Source: an uncultured virus (IMG/VR IMGVR_UViG_3300002498_000029) (lineage: Duplodnaviria; Heunggongvirae; Uroviricota; Caudoviricetes). From it: a stretch of 64,000 nucleotides of DNA. The position numbers and the translations under genes are program-made. Below the pieces are notes generated by a model that was not told where the DNA came from, made no database searches, and was given only the letters and a program-made list of their open reading frames with translations. Below, piece after piece: positions 1 to 11,683 of this stretch (its first letter is position 1; every line of letters begins with the position of its first letter). The stretch is from the IMG/VR virus record IMGVR_UViG_3300002498_000029. One strand, written 5' to 3'.

Positions 1-2
1 AT

Positions 3-479
3 GACATGTGCTTACAAAATAAACGAAACAATATCTTGTACAATCCCGCCAAAGGTTTATCTGATTTAATGCTTTTTAAGTAGAAACTGTAGCAGATTAC
101 TACAGACTATACATTTATACCTATTCAAAATATGTCACATACTCAAATTAGGAATATTATGTTATAGTCAAAGATATATATTGATTTTGGCAATCATCCT
201 GGAAAAGATAGAATTCCGAGAGAAGCAGCAATGTGTGGTTGTTGTATAATAACAGGCTGAAATGGGTCTGCTCAGTTTTTTGAAGATGTTAATATTGGTG
301 CACAATTTAAAATAAATATATAGGATAAAGATAACATCAATATGTTGATAAATACGCTAATCAATGTATCAACTAATGATTTTTATAAATATCATATGTA
401 GTTTTAGTATTATCGTAAACAAATAATGCTACAAAAATAGAAAATGATTTTTAACGTAAAATCTTTTTTTATTAGTTAA
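3..479 (+). CDS. Glycosyltransferase-like protein, 5' partial (recoded)
   Basis: Frame open to TAA 477 if TAG/TGA are sense; ILYNPAKG...KIYIDFGNHPGKDRIPREAAMCGC resembles a GT-B C-terminal motif. Confidence 0.65.
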
Positions 480-498
480 ATATTAATTTGGAGAAAAA

Positions 499-1212
499 AT
501 GTATATAATATATAGAATATCTGATTGTGGATATAATAAAGTTAAACCGAGTTACATTAATAATAAAATTTGTTTACAAAACGCATTAAAATAGTTCCCA
601 ATTAATATATGCAATTGACATATTATAGCAGATAATGTATCAGAGGAAACCAAAAGTATGTTATCAGAATACATACACAATAAAGATTTAATTGAATATG
701 TATCGGTAGGTCATGGAGCTGGTACCTTTAATGTAGCATTAGATTTTGCTAAAAATAGTATTAATAATAATCATTAGATAGTATATTTTCTGTAGAATGA
801 TTATTTACACAAACCTCAATCGTTAAAAATATTACAAGAGGGCTTTTCGTTGAACCCTATGTTTGTATCATTATATGACCATCCAGATAAATATATTCCA
901 CCTACATCAGGTGGTAATCCTTATTGTATTGATGGTGCAGAAGATACAAGAGTATATTTAACAAAATCTTGTCATTGAAAAATTACAAACTCTACAACAA
1001 TGACATTTGCTATTAAAAAAAGTAATTTAGCAATTGTAGAACTGATTTTAAGAAAACATACTTAGGGAACACACCCATATGATTTTGAAATGTTTATTGA
1101 GTTGATGTAGAATGGACATTTATTGATAACACCAATTCCAGGATATTCTACACATGGTGAAACAGCTTGATTAACACCCTTAACGGATTGGAGTCAAATA
1201 TGTTTAGTGTAA
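499..1212 (+). CDS. Glycosyltransferase (GT-A/GT2-like)
   Basis: GGAG RBS; VYFL(TAG)NDYLHKP, FVSLYDHPDKY, H(TGA)KITNSTTMTFA, PGYSTHGE. Confidence 0.7.
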
Positions 1213-1253
1213 TTATGCCAAAAAATATAATAATATAAAGGAGAAAAATATTT

Positions 1254-1793
1254 ATGATAACTTATAATTTTTCAAGTGAAAATCCAGATATACATTGACC
1301 ATATATTATTTGTAATACAGATGATATAGGAGTTGATTTAGGTTGTGGAAGATCGCATTTCATACAGCATAGAAGTCCAGACCTATTAACTTCATCATAG
1401 TGATTGAAAAAATGTGGATGTAATTTTGTATATGGGTTTGATATGGACAATAACGAAATAATTTGATTTAATGAAAATTTTAAAGAATAGAAATCTTCTT
1501 ATAGTTTTCATTTGAAGGAAATTAGTAGTATAGATGATATAATATAGATATATGATTAGTGTAAACCCAATGTAATTAAAGCTGATATATAGGGAGCAGA
1601 AATATATATTACACAATTACCAGATTAGATATTTAAAAGAGTACATTGTTATGCAATAGAAACACATAGTACTGATTTATACAATATGTTTATGACAAAA
1701 TTTCAACAATGTAAATATGAAATAACGGCAATAGCTAGATGAAATGATTCTGTACATGTTATATTTGCATAGAAAATTAAAGAAAGTAATTAA
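1254..1793 (+). CDS. SAM-dependent methyltransferase, FkbM-like
   Basis: VDLGCG motif I; VIKADI(TAG)GAE matches FkbM K.DIEG.E. Confidence 0.65.
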
Positions 1794-1845
1794 TGAAAAA
1801 ACATTTGATATAACACCAAATAAAATACACAATAAGAGATAAAAA

Positions 1846-2610
1846 ATGATTTCAATAATAATACCAAGTTATAAAAACGCAAAATGTTTAGATATATGTT
1901 TAAATTCAATAATACACAATCAAAAATATAATAATGAAATAATTGTTGTTATAGATGGATTTGTTTAGCAATATTCTGAACTTAAGAATAAGTATAATAA
2001 AGAAGTAAAATTCTTTGATTTTGAAGAAAATCAAGGGATGCCACAAGCATTAAATATTGGTGTATACAATGCAACAAACTAGTATATACTTATAATTAAT
2101 GATGATAATGTTTTATGTAAAGATTGAGACACTATTTTATGATAGGATAGAAAATAGAATAGTGTAATTACTATAAATCAAATTGAGAGAAAATCTAGTA
2201 TATTTAATTTTATTTAGTATGATTTTGGGGGGGTCAATGATTTCAGATATGATTAGTTTTTAAAACTATAGTTAAATTTTAGACAAAATATATTAACATA
2301 TGATGGTGAAATATTTCCATTCTTCATGAATAAAAAATATTATATGATAGTAAACGGATTTGATACACTATATCAATCTCCATTTATTTGTGATTGAGAT
2401 TTTTTTTATAAATTACAAATAATTAATGTTTAGTTTATACGAACAAGAAAAATTAATTTTTATCATTTTGGTAGTATTTCTACAAAAAACAGTTTAGAAA
2501 AAACAAACTTTTATTAGTCTGAAACAGAAGCTTTAAAAATGTTTTATTATAAATGACATAAATATCCAATAAGAAATAAAACTGATAACACTATTATATT
2601 GAAGGATTAA
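1846..2610 (+). CDS. Glycosyltransferase family 2
   Basis: MISIIIPSYKN...EIIVVIDG...ENQGMPQALNIG...LIINDDN. Confidence 0.85.
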
Positions 2611-2613
2611 AAT

Positions 2614-3198
2614 ATGAAACATGATGAAATATTACAATTACAAAAAAACAATGCGTAGTTAATATCATAGCATATTTAGTTATCCAATTTTTTATCACCT
2701 GCAATAGTTGGACATATACCAAGTAATCAAATAGTCATATTAAAAGATATATTAGATAGAACTAAAGCAACCTCTTTATTGTAGATTGGGTTTAATGCAG
2801 GACATAGTTGTATAGGTTGATTATTATCCTCAAAAACAATACATGTAACAGGTTTAGATATATATTGTCCTAGTAAATCTATAGATTTTATAAATGAAAA
2901 ATTCCCCAATAGATTTGAATTTTGTAATTGTAATAGTAATGTTTTATCTTTGTAGGAAAACATACTATTATGAAGAAATTGTTTTGATATTGTATTTATA
3001 GATGCTGATCATTCTTATAATGCTGTAAAGGAAGATCTAAAAAATGTTTTAGAATTACATCCAAAATATATAGTATTTGACGATGTCAGACATCCAGCTC
3101 ATAGTTATATATAGGATATTATAATGGAATAGAGCAAAATTAAACTCATATAGCTATACTAGTATTAGTTATGCATAGGATTAACATAGGTTTTATAA
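2614..3198 (+). CDS. Class I SAM methyltransferase (Methyltransf_24-like)
   Basis: LL(TAG)IGFNAGHS; FDIVFIDADHSYNAVKEDL; IVFDD. Confidence 0.8.
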
Positions 3199-3214
3199 TT
3201 TGAAGGAGAAAATA

Positions 3215-4075
3215 ATGATAACAACAATTGGCATAATAGGACAAGGATTTGTAGGATCAGCAGTTTATAATGGTATGAAAGAATATTTCAACATATTAAC
3301 ATATGATATAGATCCATTAAAATTTAGTAACACATAGTCCTTATAGGAAATAATTACACAATCAAATATATGTTTTATTTGTGTTCCAACTCCAATGAAA
3401 AAAGATGGTAGATGTGATAAAAGTATTCTCATAAAGCTACTCAACTAGATAGATACAATATGTAGTATAGTAAATAAATAGATAATATTAGTTATAAAAT
3501 CAACTATCCCACCGGGAACAACGTAGTATCTTAATAATTAGTTTGAAAAATTACATATAGTGTTTAATCCATAGTTTTTAACATAGGCAAATGCTAATGA
3601 TGATTTTAAAAATCAAAATAGAATAATTATAGGTGGAGATAGACCATACTCTACTTAGGTAAAAAACATATATTCAATAGCATTCCCTGGAATACCTATT
3701 ATTAAAACTAGTTCAACAATAGCATAGTTGGTTAAATATATAACTAATACATTCTTAGCAATGAAAGTATCATTTTCAAATTAGATTTATCAGCTGTGTC
3801 AATAGATTAATCAAGATTATGATAAAGTAATTGAATATGCAACCTATGATGAAAGATTAGGTAAGACACACTGGACTGTTCCAGGTACAGATGGTGATCT
3901 TGGATATGGTGGACATTGTTTTCCAAAAGATATAGCAGCATTAAAAAATCTTATGGATAATTTAAATTTAGATACAACAATACTTACAGCAGTAATTAAA
4001 AAAAATGATTTAGTTAGAACTGATAGGAACTGAGAGAGACAAAAGGGCAGAGCTGTTTCAGAAGATTTTAATTAA
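3215..4075 (+). CDS. ugd: UDP-glucose/GDP-mannose 6-dehydrogenase family (short form)
   Basis: IGIIGQGFVG, FICVPTP, VIKSTIPPGT, FNP(TAG)FLT(TAG), A(TAG)LVKYITNTFLAMKVSFSN(TAG), GYGGHCFPKD. Confidence 0.92.
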
Positions 4076-4106
4076 TTGTGATAATTCCATAACTTCTAAT
4101 TATAAT
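4074..4106 (+). promoter_or_regulatory. Conserved promoter motif AATTGTGATAA-N16-TATAAT, copy 1
   Basis: TTGTGATAA 4076-4084, TATAAT 4101-4106; same spacing in four gene-upstream copies. Confidence 0.75.
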
Positions 4107-4141
4107 TAACACATCTTAAAAAAAAATAAGAGGTAGCGATA

Positions 4142-4444
4142 ATGATTACATTTGAACAGCAATAGTATAATGACGCTTTAGAATATATCAAATCTAAACT
4201 TAATTTAGATGAATTAGAATCATTAGATATAGATGATTAGATATTTAGAGCATTAAAAATATTAGATAAAATACAAGATGATAACTTTATATCATTATTT
4301 GAAGAACTAACAGAAAGATATGAAGATGAAGTTAGTGAATTAAAAGATGAGATTGACGAATTAACCGATGTAATTAGTACATTAGAAGATGTAATTAGTA
4401 CATTAAATGATGAAATTGATACTTTACATGAAAATATGTTTTAA
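4142..4444 (+). CDS. Hypothetical acidic coiled-coil protein
   Basis: GAGG RBS; two in-frame TAG, otherwise GAA/GAG; ends TAA. Confidence 0.65.
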
Positions 4445-4468
4445 CTATAAATAAAAAGAGGTTACAAA

Positions 4469-4702
4469 ATGAAAACATTATTAAATCAAATTCAACTAGA
4501 TCTAATAGATAAACTTATGCCACTAGTTTATACTGTTATGTCAACAACTATTTTAATTATCGTAACACTATTAACTTTATATAATACTGCTATATTAATA
4601 ATAAATAATGTATCTATACCTGAAAAGATTACTACTATTACTATTATAGTTTTAGTTACATTGATGTGGTCTTATTTTATTAAGCATTGTATTAAAAAGT
4701 AA
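4469..4702 (+). CDS. Hypothetical membrane protein (no recoded codons)
   Basis: ORF track; AGAGGTTACAA leader; two hydrophobic segments. Confidence 0.65.
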   Translation: MKTLLNQIQLDLIDKLMPLVYTVMSTTILIIVTLLTLYNTAILIINNVSIPEKITTITIIVLVTLMWSYFIKHCIKK

Positions 4703-4733
4703 TTGTGATAATTTTGCTGTATCTAAGTATAAT
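4701..4733 (+). promoter_or_regulatory. Conserved promoter motif, copy 2
   Basis: TTGTGATAA 4703-4711, TATAAT 4728-4733. Confidence 0.75.
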
Positions 4734-4763
4734 TAAATTAGATTATAAATAAGAGGTTACAAC

Positions 4764-5039
4764 ATGAAAAAGGCAATTAAAGTCTATAAACAAACTTATT
4801 ATGAAACAACTTGTCCTTATTGTAATGTTTATACTGTTTCTAGTCATGATAGAGATATTACTAAAGAAGAAATGGAATTACATATACAAGAGTGTGAATA
4901 TAATCCAGCAAATAAATATTGTAGAATATGTAAGTATTCAGAAATGATTATTCCTGGTGAATTTACATGTAAAAAAGAATTATGTGAAGATGGTGGATGT
5001 AAATCATTTAAACTAAAAAAAGTAAAAACTGGAGTATAA
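4764..5039 (+). CDS. Hypothetical Cys-rich (Zn-binding) protein (no recoded codons)
   Basis: CPYC, H...C, CRIC; AGAGGTTACAA leader. Confidence 0.7.
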   Translation: MKKAIKVYKQTYYETTCPYCNVYTVSSHDRDITKEEMELHIQECEYNPANKYCRICKYSEMIIPGEFTCKKELCEDGGCKSFKLKKVKTGV

Positions 5040-5040
5040 G

Positions 5041-5496
5041 TTGCAGACTTTTTTACCATACCAAAACTTTATACAATCTGCCAAGTGTTTAGATTATCGT
5101 AGACTTGGAAAGCAAAGGGTTGAAGCAAAACAACTTATAAATATATTAGAAGGTAAGAATACATCAAAGGCTTGGACGCATCACCCGGCTCTGCTTATGT
5201 GGAAAGGTTATACTGATACTCTTAAACTATATCATGATATAATGATTGCTGAATGGATAAATCGTGGTTACAAGAACACTATGCAATTATATTGTGGAAA
5301 TGTATGTAAGCAAACTCTTCTTACAGTAGATTATCAATTTTCTGGTAATTTTGAAAATCCAATATGGCTTAAAGATGAATTTTGTAGTTTCCATCGAGCA
5401 ACTTTACTTTATAAAAATTATGAATATTATAAACAGTTTAGTTGGACTGAAACACCTAAATATGAATATTTATGGCCAGTAAAAATAGCTAAATAA
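5041..5496 (+). CDS. Pyrimidine-dimer DNA glycosylase / DenV-related (MSMEG_6728-like) protein
   Basis: MQTFLPY..F..SA..LD.RRLGKQRVEAKQ...HPA.LMW.GY; TTG start; no TAG/TGA. Confidence 0.85.
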   Translation: MQTFLPYQNFIQSAKCLDYRRLGKQRVEAKQLINILEGKNTSKAWTHHPALLMWKGYTDTLKLYHDIMIAEWINRGYKNTMQLYCGNVCKQTLLTVDYQFSGNFENPIWLKDEFCSFHRATLLYKNYEYYKQFSWTETPKYEYLWPVKIAK

Positions 5497-5532
5497 ACTG
5501 TATAAGATATATAAAAAAAATAGGGAGTAAAA

Positions 5533-5751
5533 ATGTTTATATTTTGGTTAGGTATTATAATAGTACTATTTTTTGTAATTGGAATGCCAATAATTACCTT
5601 TATTTGGATGAGAATAGAAGACCCATTTAAATTTGGAAGCGATGATGACTTTTATGTTTTATGTGGATTCTTATGGATGGTAAGTATACCATTTGCAGTA
5701 TTTAAACAACTTGGTAAATATTTAGACAATAAAAAATTAAAAGGCAAATAA
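5533..5751 (+). CDS. Hypothetical membrane protein (no recoded codons)
   Basis: ORF track; GGGAG RBS; hydrophobic. Confidence 0.65.
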   Translation: MFIFWLGIIIVLFFVIGMPIITFIWMRIEDPFKFGSDDDFYVLCGFLWMVSIPFAVFKQLGKYLDNKKLKGK

Positions 5752-5752
5752 A

Positions 5753-6007
5753 GTGTAGTGTAAAGATATTTTATATTCAATATTATTTTAGACGTTTATT
5801 GATCTTTCATTATTTAATCCTAAAACAAGACTATTTCATTGGAATATTATAAACCCTATATACAAGTTTTTATTTTAGAAGTATAATTTATCAAAGAAAT
5901 AGGTAAATTTATAGTTAATTTAGACATATAAAGATAATAGATTTCAATATATGTTAATTGAAGGTATTCAATTATGGAAATAGCATTTTCATGAGGATGG
6001 TAAATAA
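5753..6007 (+). CDS. Hypothetical protein (TAG-recoded)
   Basis: GTG start, fills the gap exactly, ends at TAA overlapping next ATG. Confidence 0.5.
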
Positions 6008-6177
6008 TGGCATTATATCAATGTAAAAAATGTGGGTAGTATGTTTGCATATAGTCAACCAACGATCAACAAGAACATGAAAAAGTTTGCAAATCAGATA
6101 TAAAATTGATGTAGAAAAATGGATACATTAGAGAGTTAGAAGTAAATCGAATATTTAATTTCTTAACAGGGAGATAA
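6007..6177 (+). CDS. Small Zn-finger-like protein
   Basis: MALYQCKKCG(TAG)YVC...HEKVC. Confidence 0.55.
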
Positions 6178-6178
6178 T

Positions 6179-6388
6179 ATGAAGTGGACAAGATCTAAAG
6201 ATTATATAAACCGTATTGAATTTCACTCTGATAATACTAGTCGGATATTTATTGATACTCAATTTGATATGAATACATTACAACATTTCTATGTATTACA
6301 TGTCATTTATCCCAATTCTGCATTTGATTTAGAAACAGTATCAAAGAATTTAGCTTATCTTAAAAAGCTTGGCGTAGAATATAGTTAA
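6179..6388 (+). CDS. Hypothetical protein (no recoded codons)
   Basis: ORF track; GGGAG RBS. Confidence 0.6.
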   Translation: MKWTRSKDYINRIEFHSDNTSRIFIDTQFDMNTLQHFYVLHVIYPNSAFDLETVSKNLAYLKKLGVEYS

Positions 6389-6407
6389 ATAAAAAGAGGT
6401 TACAAAA

Positions 6408-6773
6408 ATGAATATATTAATTATTTTTACAGTAAGTCTTATTTTATCATATATTATTTTTAATATTAAACATTATTATGAATATAAAAAATCATATAAA
6501 CTATATAATAATATGTATAAATAGTTTTGTAGATAGCAATCTGATGAATAGTTATTAAATAATTATAAACTTATATTAGAATTATTATCAACAAAATAGT
6601 AGAATAAATTTAATGAATTAATAACAAAATATTCTACTATTGAACCGTATAGAATTAAACAATCAAGAAGTTCATACAAAAATTTTAGAAATCAAAGAAA
6701 ACTATCGTTTAATGTTTATTGTTTTGTATTATATTTACTTGGTAGATATTCATTCTAGACATTTAGATATTAA
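6408..6773 (+). CDS. Hypothetical protein with N-terminal TM segment
   Basis: AGAGGTTACAA leader; open to TAA with TAG as sense. Confidence 0.6.
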
Positions 6774-6793
6774 ATAAATAAAGAGGTTACAAA

Positions 6794-7312
6794 ATGAAAT
6801 TAAAACATGTTTTTATGAAAAGACACTTTACAAAGGATGATACATTTAGTCATGCGACCTTTCATCCAATACCAGAGAATAATATATATAACCGCTATCT
6901 TTGCCAACTTAGATTTGCTTGGCCAGAATTATACAATAGTGATGAAGGTAAAAGAGTAGAAAAGTTTTTAGATAAACTTTGGTTTGTTAATGATGACTAT
7001 ATTGGTAAAAATATTTGTGAATTCTGGATTATGGGTGATGGAACGGAAAAATACATACCAAATTTATCTAGACCCACGAATACTCCAATTAAGACTGTAA
7101 GAAGATTTAGAAAAGCTCTTAAAAACAAGTATTCCAAAATACTACCGAATGGTACTAAAATAATGATGGACTATAGATACCAAATTAAAATATCTGGAAA
7201 ATATCGAGATTGCGGTGTTCTAGGAACAATCAAAAACAATCTAACAGTTGAAGATAGTGAAAGAATAATCAGAAAGCAAATGAGTGATTATGTTAAAATT
7301 TATGGAAGGTAA
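6794..7312 (+). CDS. Hypothetical protein (no recoded codons)
   Basis: 172 aa ORF; AGAGGTTACAA leader. Confidence 0.8.
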   Translation: MKLKHVFMKRHFTKDDTFSHATFHPIPENNIYNRYLCQLRFAWPELYNSDEGKRVEKFLDKLWFVNDDYIGKNICEFWIMGDGTEKYIPNLSRPTNTPIKTVRRFRKALKNKYSKILPNGTKIMMDYRYQIKISGKYRDCGVLGTIKNNLTVEDSERIIRKQMSDYVKIYGR

Positions 7313-7314
7313 AA

Positions 7315-7545
7315 ATGAAAATAATAAGAATAGATAAAGCTAGAGATGGCGGTACAATTTGTTTTGAATATGAAGATGGACACGAACTTTATATTGATAA
7401 TAGAATAGGGTCAAGAACTACAAGTCAATTTTACGATGATTATCCTGAACATAAAAATGCAAAAATCGTAAGAATGACAAATGAAGATATACATAATCTT
7501 ATCTGTTGTATGATGGAATATTACCATAAACTGAAAAGTGATTAA
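7315..7545 (+). CDS. Hypothetical protein (no recoded codons)
   Basis: ORF track; RDGGTI...YIDNRIGS. Confidence 0.7.
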   Translation: MKIIRIDKARDGGTICFEYEDGHELYIDNRIGSRTTSQFYDDYPEHKNAKIVRMTNEDIHNLICCMMEYYHKLKSD

Positions 7546-7744
7546 GTACATATTGATGACGTGTAGTTTGTATTTACATAGAATGGTAATAAAATAATAG
7601 ATTATGTATTCATATAGTCAGATGGTGGATATTGATATATATAGGAAAGTGAGTTGTAGAGAACTGATAATGTATATACCTGAATTGATATGAAATAGTT
7701 GGTATAGACGGCAGTAAATAATCTAACATAAAATGAATATAGTT

Positions 7745-8278
7745 ATGAAACTAAAAGAATTGATAGATAGAAACCCAATATTCAACAAAGCTTATTTTTA
7801 TGAATGGTATTGTAGACCATAGGATGAAACAATAGATGACCCAGATGAGCATTATGAATCACACTTAGAAGTATTTAATAGACTTAAACAGATGAAACCT
7901 TACACCGGGCCAGGTGAATATCCAGCTAAGATAGCAATATGTTATATTTCAAAAGAATAGAATGATGATTGGGATTATAATGATGTGTATGGTTTAAGTT
8001 TAACCACGGATGAATCATATGCTATAGAATTTAGACCTTGGGCAGAATGGTTAGATATGGACATAGATGAAGAAACATTAAGTAATTATCTAGAATCAGA
8101 AATAATTGTTCATTGTATATGGGAAATGACATTTTGTGGTTATGATAATGATGATGTTCAATAGCAATGGAGTGGCATTGTGTGGAAATGTGATAAAATT
8201 AAATAGTCTAATATTGATGAGTTAATAGAAAGCGGTGAGATAATTCCGTTGAATTTTAATGATGATGAGGATGAATAA
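7745..8278 (+). CDS. Hypothetical protein (DUF6557-like)
   Basis: YAIEFRPWAEWL.M.I...EIIVHCIWEMTFCGYD; few TAG, Trp as TGG. Confidence 0.65.
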
Positions 8279-8868
8279 TGTTAGGATTTTTAGAAAGACG
8301 TAAAAAATAGTTATAGCAATTTGGAAAGACACTTCTAGGAGTTCAAGCCCTTTGTGAAAAAGTTAATAGTTAGTCATTTACAAAGGCACTAGCAATGAAT
8401 TTAGCTTTTAATAAACCTAGTTATGATCATTGGAGAGACCGCCTAGAACAAAAAATACTTAGTAATTTAATTTATGGCAAGTTAAAATAGTTGGATGATA
8501 GTATATAGTTAGCAGAATATCCATCTTTTAAATATAATGAAATTAACCACACTGTTATGACTAAAAAAACTCCATATGTTTTGCTAGATAAACCAGAATA
8601 TTATGTGTAGGATAATGAGTAGTGTTTACTAGCTATTGTGAATAGCTTGAACTATCATGAATTATTAGATGTTATGTATAAAGAAAGAGATGAGCTTAGA
8701 GGAATAAATTCTAATGCTAAAATATTTTTCTACACTATAAACATTGTGTCAGGCGTATTCTTAGATCCATATGCTGATAGTTTATCAGTACTAGATATTG
8801 GCATGCCGATTATGCTAAGATTTGCAATTGCGCGAGCTGGCAAGGTGCATAATGAAACCAATATATAA
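8278..8868 (+). CDS. Hypothetical protein
   Basis: TAATG overlap; extends track ORF 8638-8868 upstream through TAGs. Confidence 0.65.
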
Positions 8869-9250
8869 AATAGTCGATTAGGGTAATAATACTGTGATTG
8901 AATATCATGATAGTGTAAGACCTGATCCAGATGGAAATGGTGTTCAACGATATGGTGTTGGCGATAATGATGAAGGCGGTTGATACCATAATGAATACGA
9001 TAAAAACTTAACCGTAAAATGGGGTCTATTGCGTAATGATGTTAGTTATTTTGATGGTGATAAAGTTTCTGTTGTAATATATGATGGAAATGGTCCAGAT
9101 TATGGTGATAAAGTGTGTTAGGATTGTATAATAAAATATAATGAAGAAGAAGGATAGCTACAGATTTTTGATAATACAAATGGGGAGTATGTAGATTCTT
9201 TGAGTAATGTTTTATTTCAATATGGCTGGAGCCAAATTAAACATATATAA
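8852..9250 (+). CDS. Hypothetical protein
   Basis: Open to TAA with TAG/TGA as sense. Confidence 0.55.
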
Positions 9251-9259
9251 AGAGGAACA

Positions 9260-10456
9260 ATGATAAATAAAGAAACAATAAGAAACGATATTAAGTAGTC
9301 ATTAAAGATAATATAGAATAAATATTCTACTAGAATATAGTCATGTAAAATTGAATAGCCAAAAAATATTTTAATTACTGAATATACTGATTCTGAAATG
9401 ATAGATAAGCTTGTTGATGAAGGATATGAAAATTCACAAAATGACTATCAACTTAATAGTAGATGTTCTGCATAGGTTCATAAATGGTTGCTTAGTACTG
9501 AATTAGGTCGATTTATATCTTATATGAAATCTGAAAATTTTAATATAGTATTTAGTTCGGCGGCAGAATATATGAACACACTGCCAGTTTCATTTTATAT
9601 TCATAATGATTAGCACCTATTTGAGATTGCACAACTATTAAAATTACAGGGATATGATAAAATTGGAATATATTCAATACGATTAATATCTAGTTTATCC
9701 TTAGACTATAGCATTAAAACTATAATTAGAATACATACATTATCTACTTGTCCAATACTTACTAATAAAATAAATGATTATCGTAATAAAATATTAAAAT
9801 TAGATAATTCTATATTATTTTAGAATATACAAGATATTCATAGAAGATCTAAAATATTTATTAAAACATTATAGTTAGCTAATATTGAGATAGAATATAC
9901 AAAATAGTCTGTTCCGTGTTTCATGGTAAAAGATAAATTTGTAATTGCTAGAGGATATATTATTCCAGTTTAGAATTCTGATATTACAACATTTGTAGAA
10001 TAGAACTTTGTCAATAATGGAGTAAAGAAGATTATAATATCGCAAGCAAAGATATATCCTGATATGTTAGATAAAAATTTAAAAATATTTTAGATGTTTG
10101 TAATATGGATTCATGTAATAAATTATGATAAGTTGTTTATACAAGAATGGGAAAAAAAGAAGCATGAAGAGATTAGAACAGCTGTAGATACGACATCAAA
10201 AACTTTAAAATATTTAAAACTTATATCAAAATAGACTGTAGATAAAAATGAAATGGATGATTTACGATTTACTATGATTGAGTCTTTTATGACTACAATA
10301 CCAAGATAGTTTCTTTGTATGTCTGATGAATTTTGGGAAGAATATGATAAATGGAAAAAATCTAAAGAATCTAAATTAACTGGAATTCGTCATTATGGTT
10401 ATAATAGAGAAGATTATGTAAGTAATCATACTGTACTTCCGTGGGATATTACATAA
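9260..10456 (+). CDS. Hypothetical protein (~398 aa)
   Basis: GAGGA RBS; long frame with TAG as sense and TGG Trp. Confidence 0.65.
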
Positions 10457-10457
10457 T

Positions 10458-10718
10458 ATGAGAAAATGTAATCAATGCCATAGACGAGTAAAATATAATA
10501 TAGACTATTCATATATTTGTGTTAATAAGAATTGTATTGATTACAATAAAAAGTTGTATCTAATAGGATATAAATTTAGATCTAGTATAGATGAATTACC
10601 AGCAGTACACTACTATAATGTATATACAATGGATGAATAGGGAAAAACTCATAGTGGTGTATATGATGAATAGCAAAAACGTAAAGCTATACGGATTAAA
10701 AAAATAATTAAATTTTAA
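10458..10718 (+). CDS. Hypothetical Cys-containing protein
   Basis: Track ORF extended through TAG to TAA. Confidence 0.5.
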
Positions 10719-10753
10719 GATAAACTAGATATTTATATACATAGGAGTAATTT

Positions 10754-11164
10754 ATGGACCATTATGAACAAAATTTAATATGAACTTATACTACTAAAAT
10801 TGGTAAAGTATATATAAGAAAAACTTATAGTAAGTAGTTTTAGAAGTTATTAAAAAAACATAAAATACTTCCAGCTGCCACATATTATAATAAATCTGGT
10901 GATATTGTAGGATATGATTATAATTTTAATACTGATATTAAAAAATAGATATAGAAAGCGGTTAAAAAAGATAAACCCGCTAAAGTAATAAAAACTAAAT
11001 CGCCTAGTGTTAAAAAAGCAAAAGTAATAATAACTAAACCATTAAAAGACAAACCATTAAAAGACAAACCAATAAAAGACAAACCATTAAAAGTAGGTAG
11101 TAAATTAAAAAAGCCATCTAAGGAGGTAGTAAAAAATGACAGATCTAATAAAAAGACAAAATAA
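10754..11164 (+). CDS. Lys-rich protein with KP(L/I)KD repeats
   Basis: AGGAG RBS; very basic C-terminus. Confidence 0.65.
11036..11093 (+). repeat. 15-bp tandem repeat AAACCATTAAAAGAC, nearly 4 copies
   Basis: Directly visible; encodes KPLKD. Confidence 0.9.
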
Positions 11165-11588
11165 TACACCTAAGTGGGTATTACATTCACATCCATTCGA
11201 TCTATTATGAAAAAACTTATTTGATAATGATTCTATATTTGATACAGTATTTAATAGTAAAATTGATTATCCGTTAGATATTTATTAGACTGATAATGAT
11301 CTTGTAATATAGATTGCTGCAGTAGGATTAAGTAAATAGGATGTTAATATTGAAATTAAAAACAATAATTAGCTAATTATATCATATGATAGTACAGCTA
11401 AATAGTGTGAATAGAAAACATGTATTAAACGTGGAATAACTAGAAGAAGTTTTAATTTCGGATGAAAAGTTGCACCTACATATAACTTAAATAAAATAAA
11501 TGCATCACTATAGAAGGGATTATTAAAGATAAATATTCCAAGATCATAGGAAGATGTATCAATAACTAAAAAAATAGAAATACAATAA
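11136..11588 (+). CDS. Small heat shock protein, Hsp20/alpha-crystallin family
   Basis: AAGGAGG RBS; YPLDIY(TAG)TD..LVI(TAG)IAAVGLSK(TAG)DVNIEI...RGITRRSF...ASL(TAG)KGLLKINIP. Confidence 0.9.
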
Positions 11589-11619
11589 AATCTAAAATTA
11601 CTACCTACTTTTTGAAAAT

Positions 11620-11652
11620 AATTGTGATAAATCTGACAAAGGTGATTATAAT
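11620..11652 (+). promoter_or_regulatory. Conserved promoter motif, copy 3
   Basis: TTGTGATAA 11622-11630, TATAAT 11647-11652. Confidence 0.75.
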
Positions 11653-11683
11653 AAACTTAATTAAAGATTATAAGGAGACTATT

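Noticed and set aside
7546..7731. Possible small recoded ORF
   Set aside because: The frame is open to TAA 7729 but has no convincing start/RBS or motif, so it is not listed as a feature.
11612..11683. Track start at 11612 for the acidic protein
   Set aside because: This stretch contains the promoter motif; ATG 11684 has an AAGGAG RBS.
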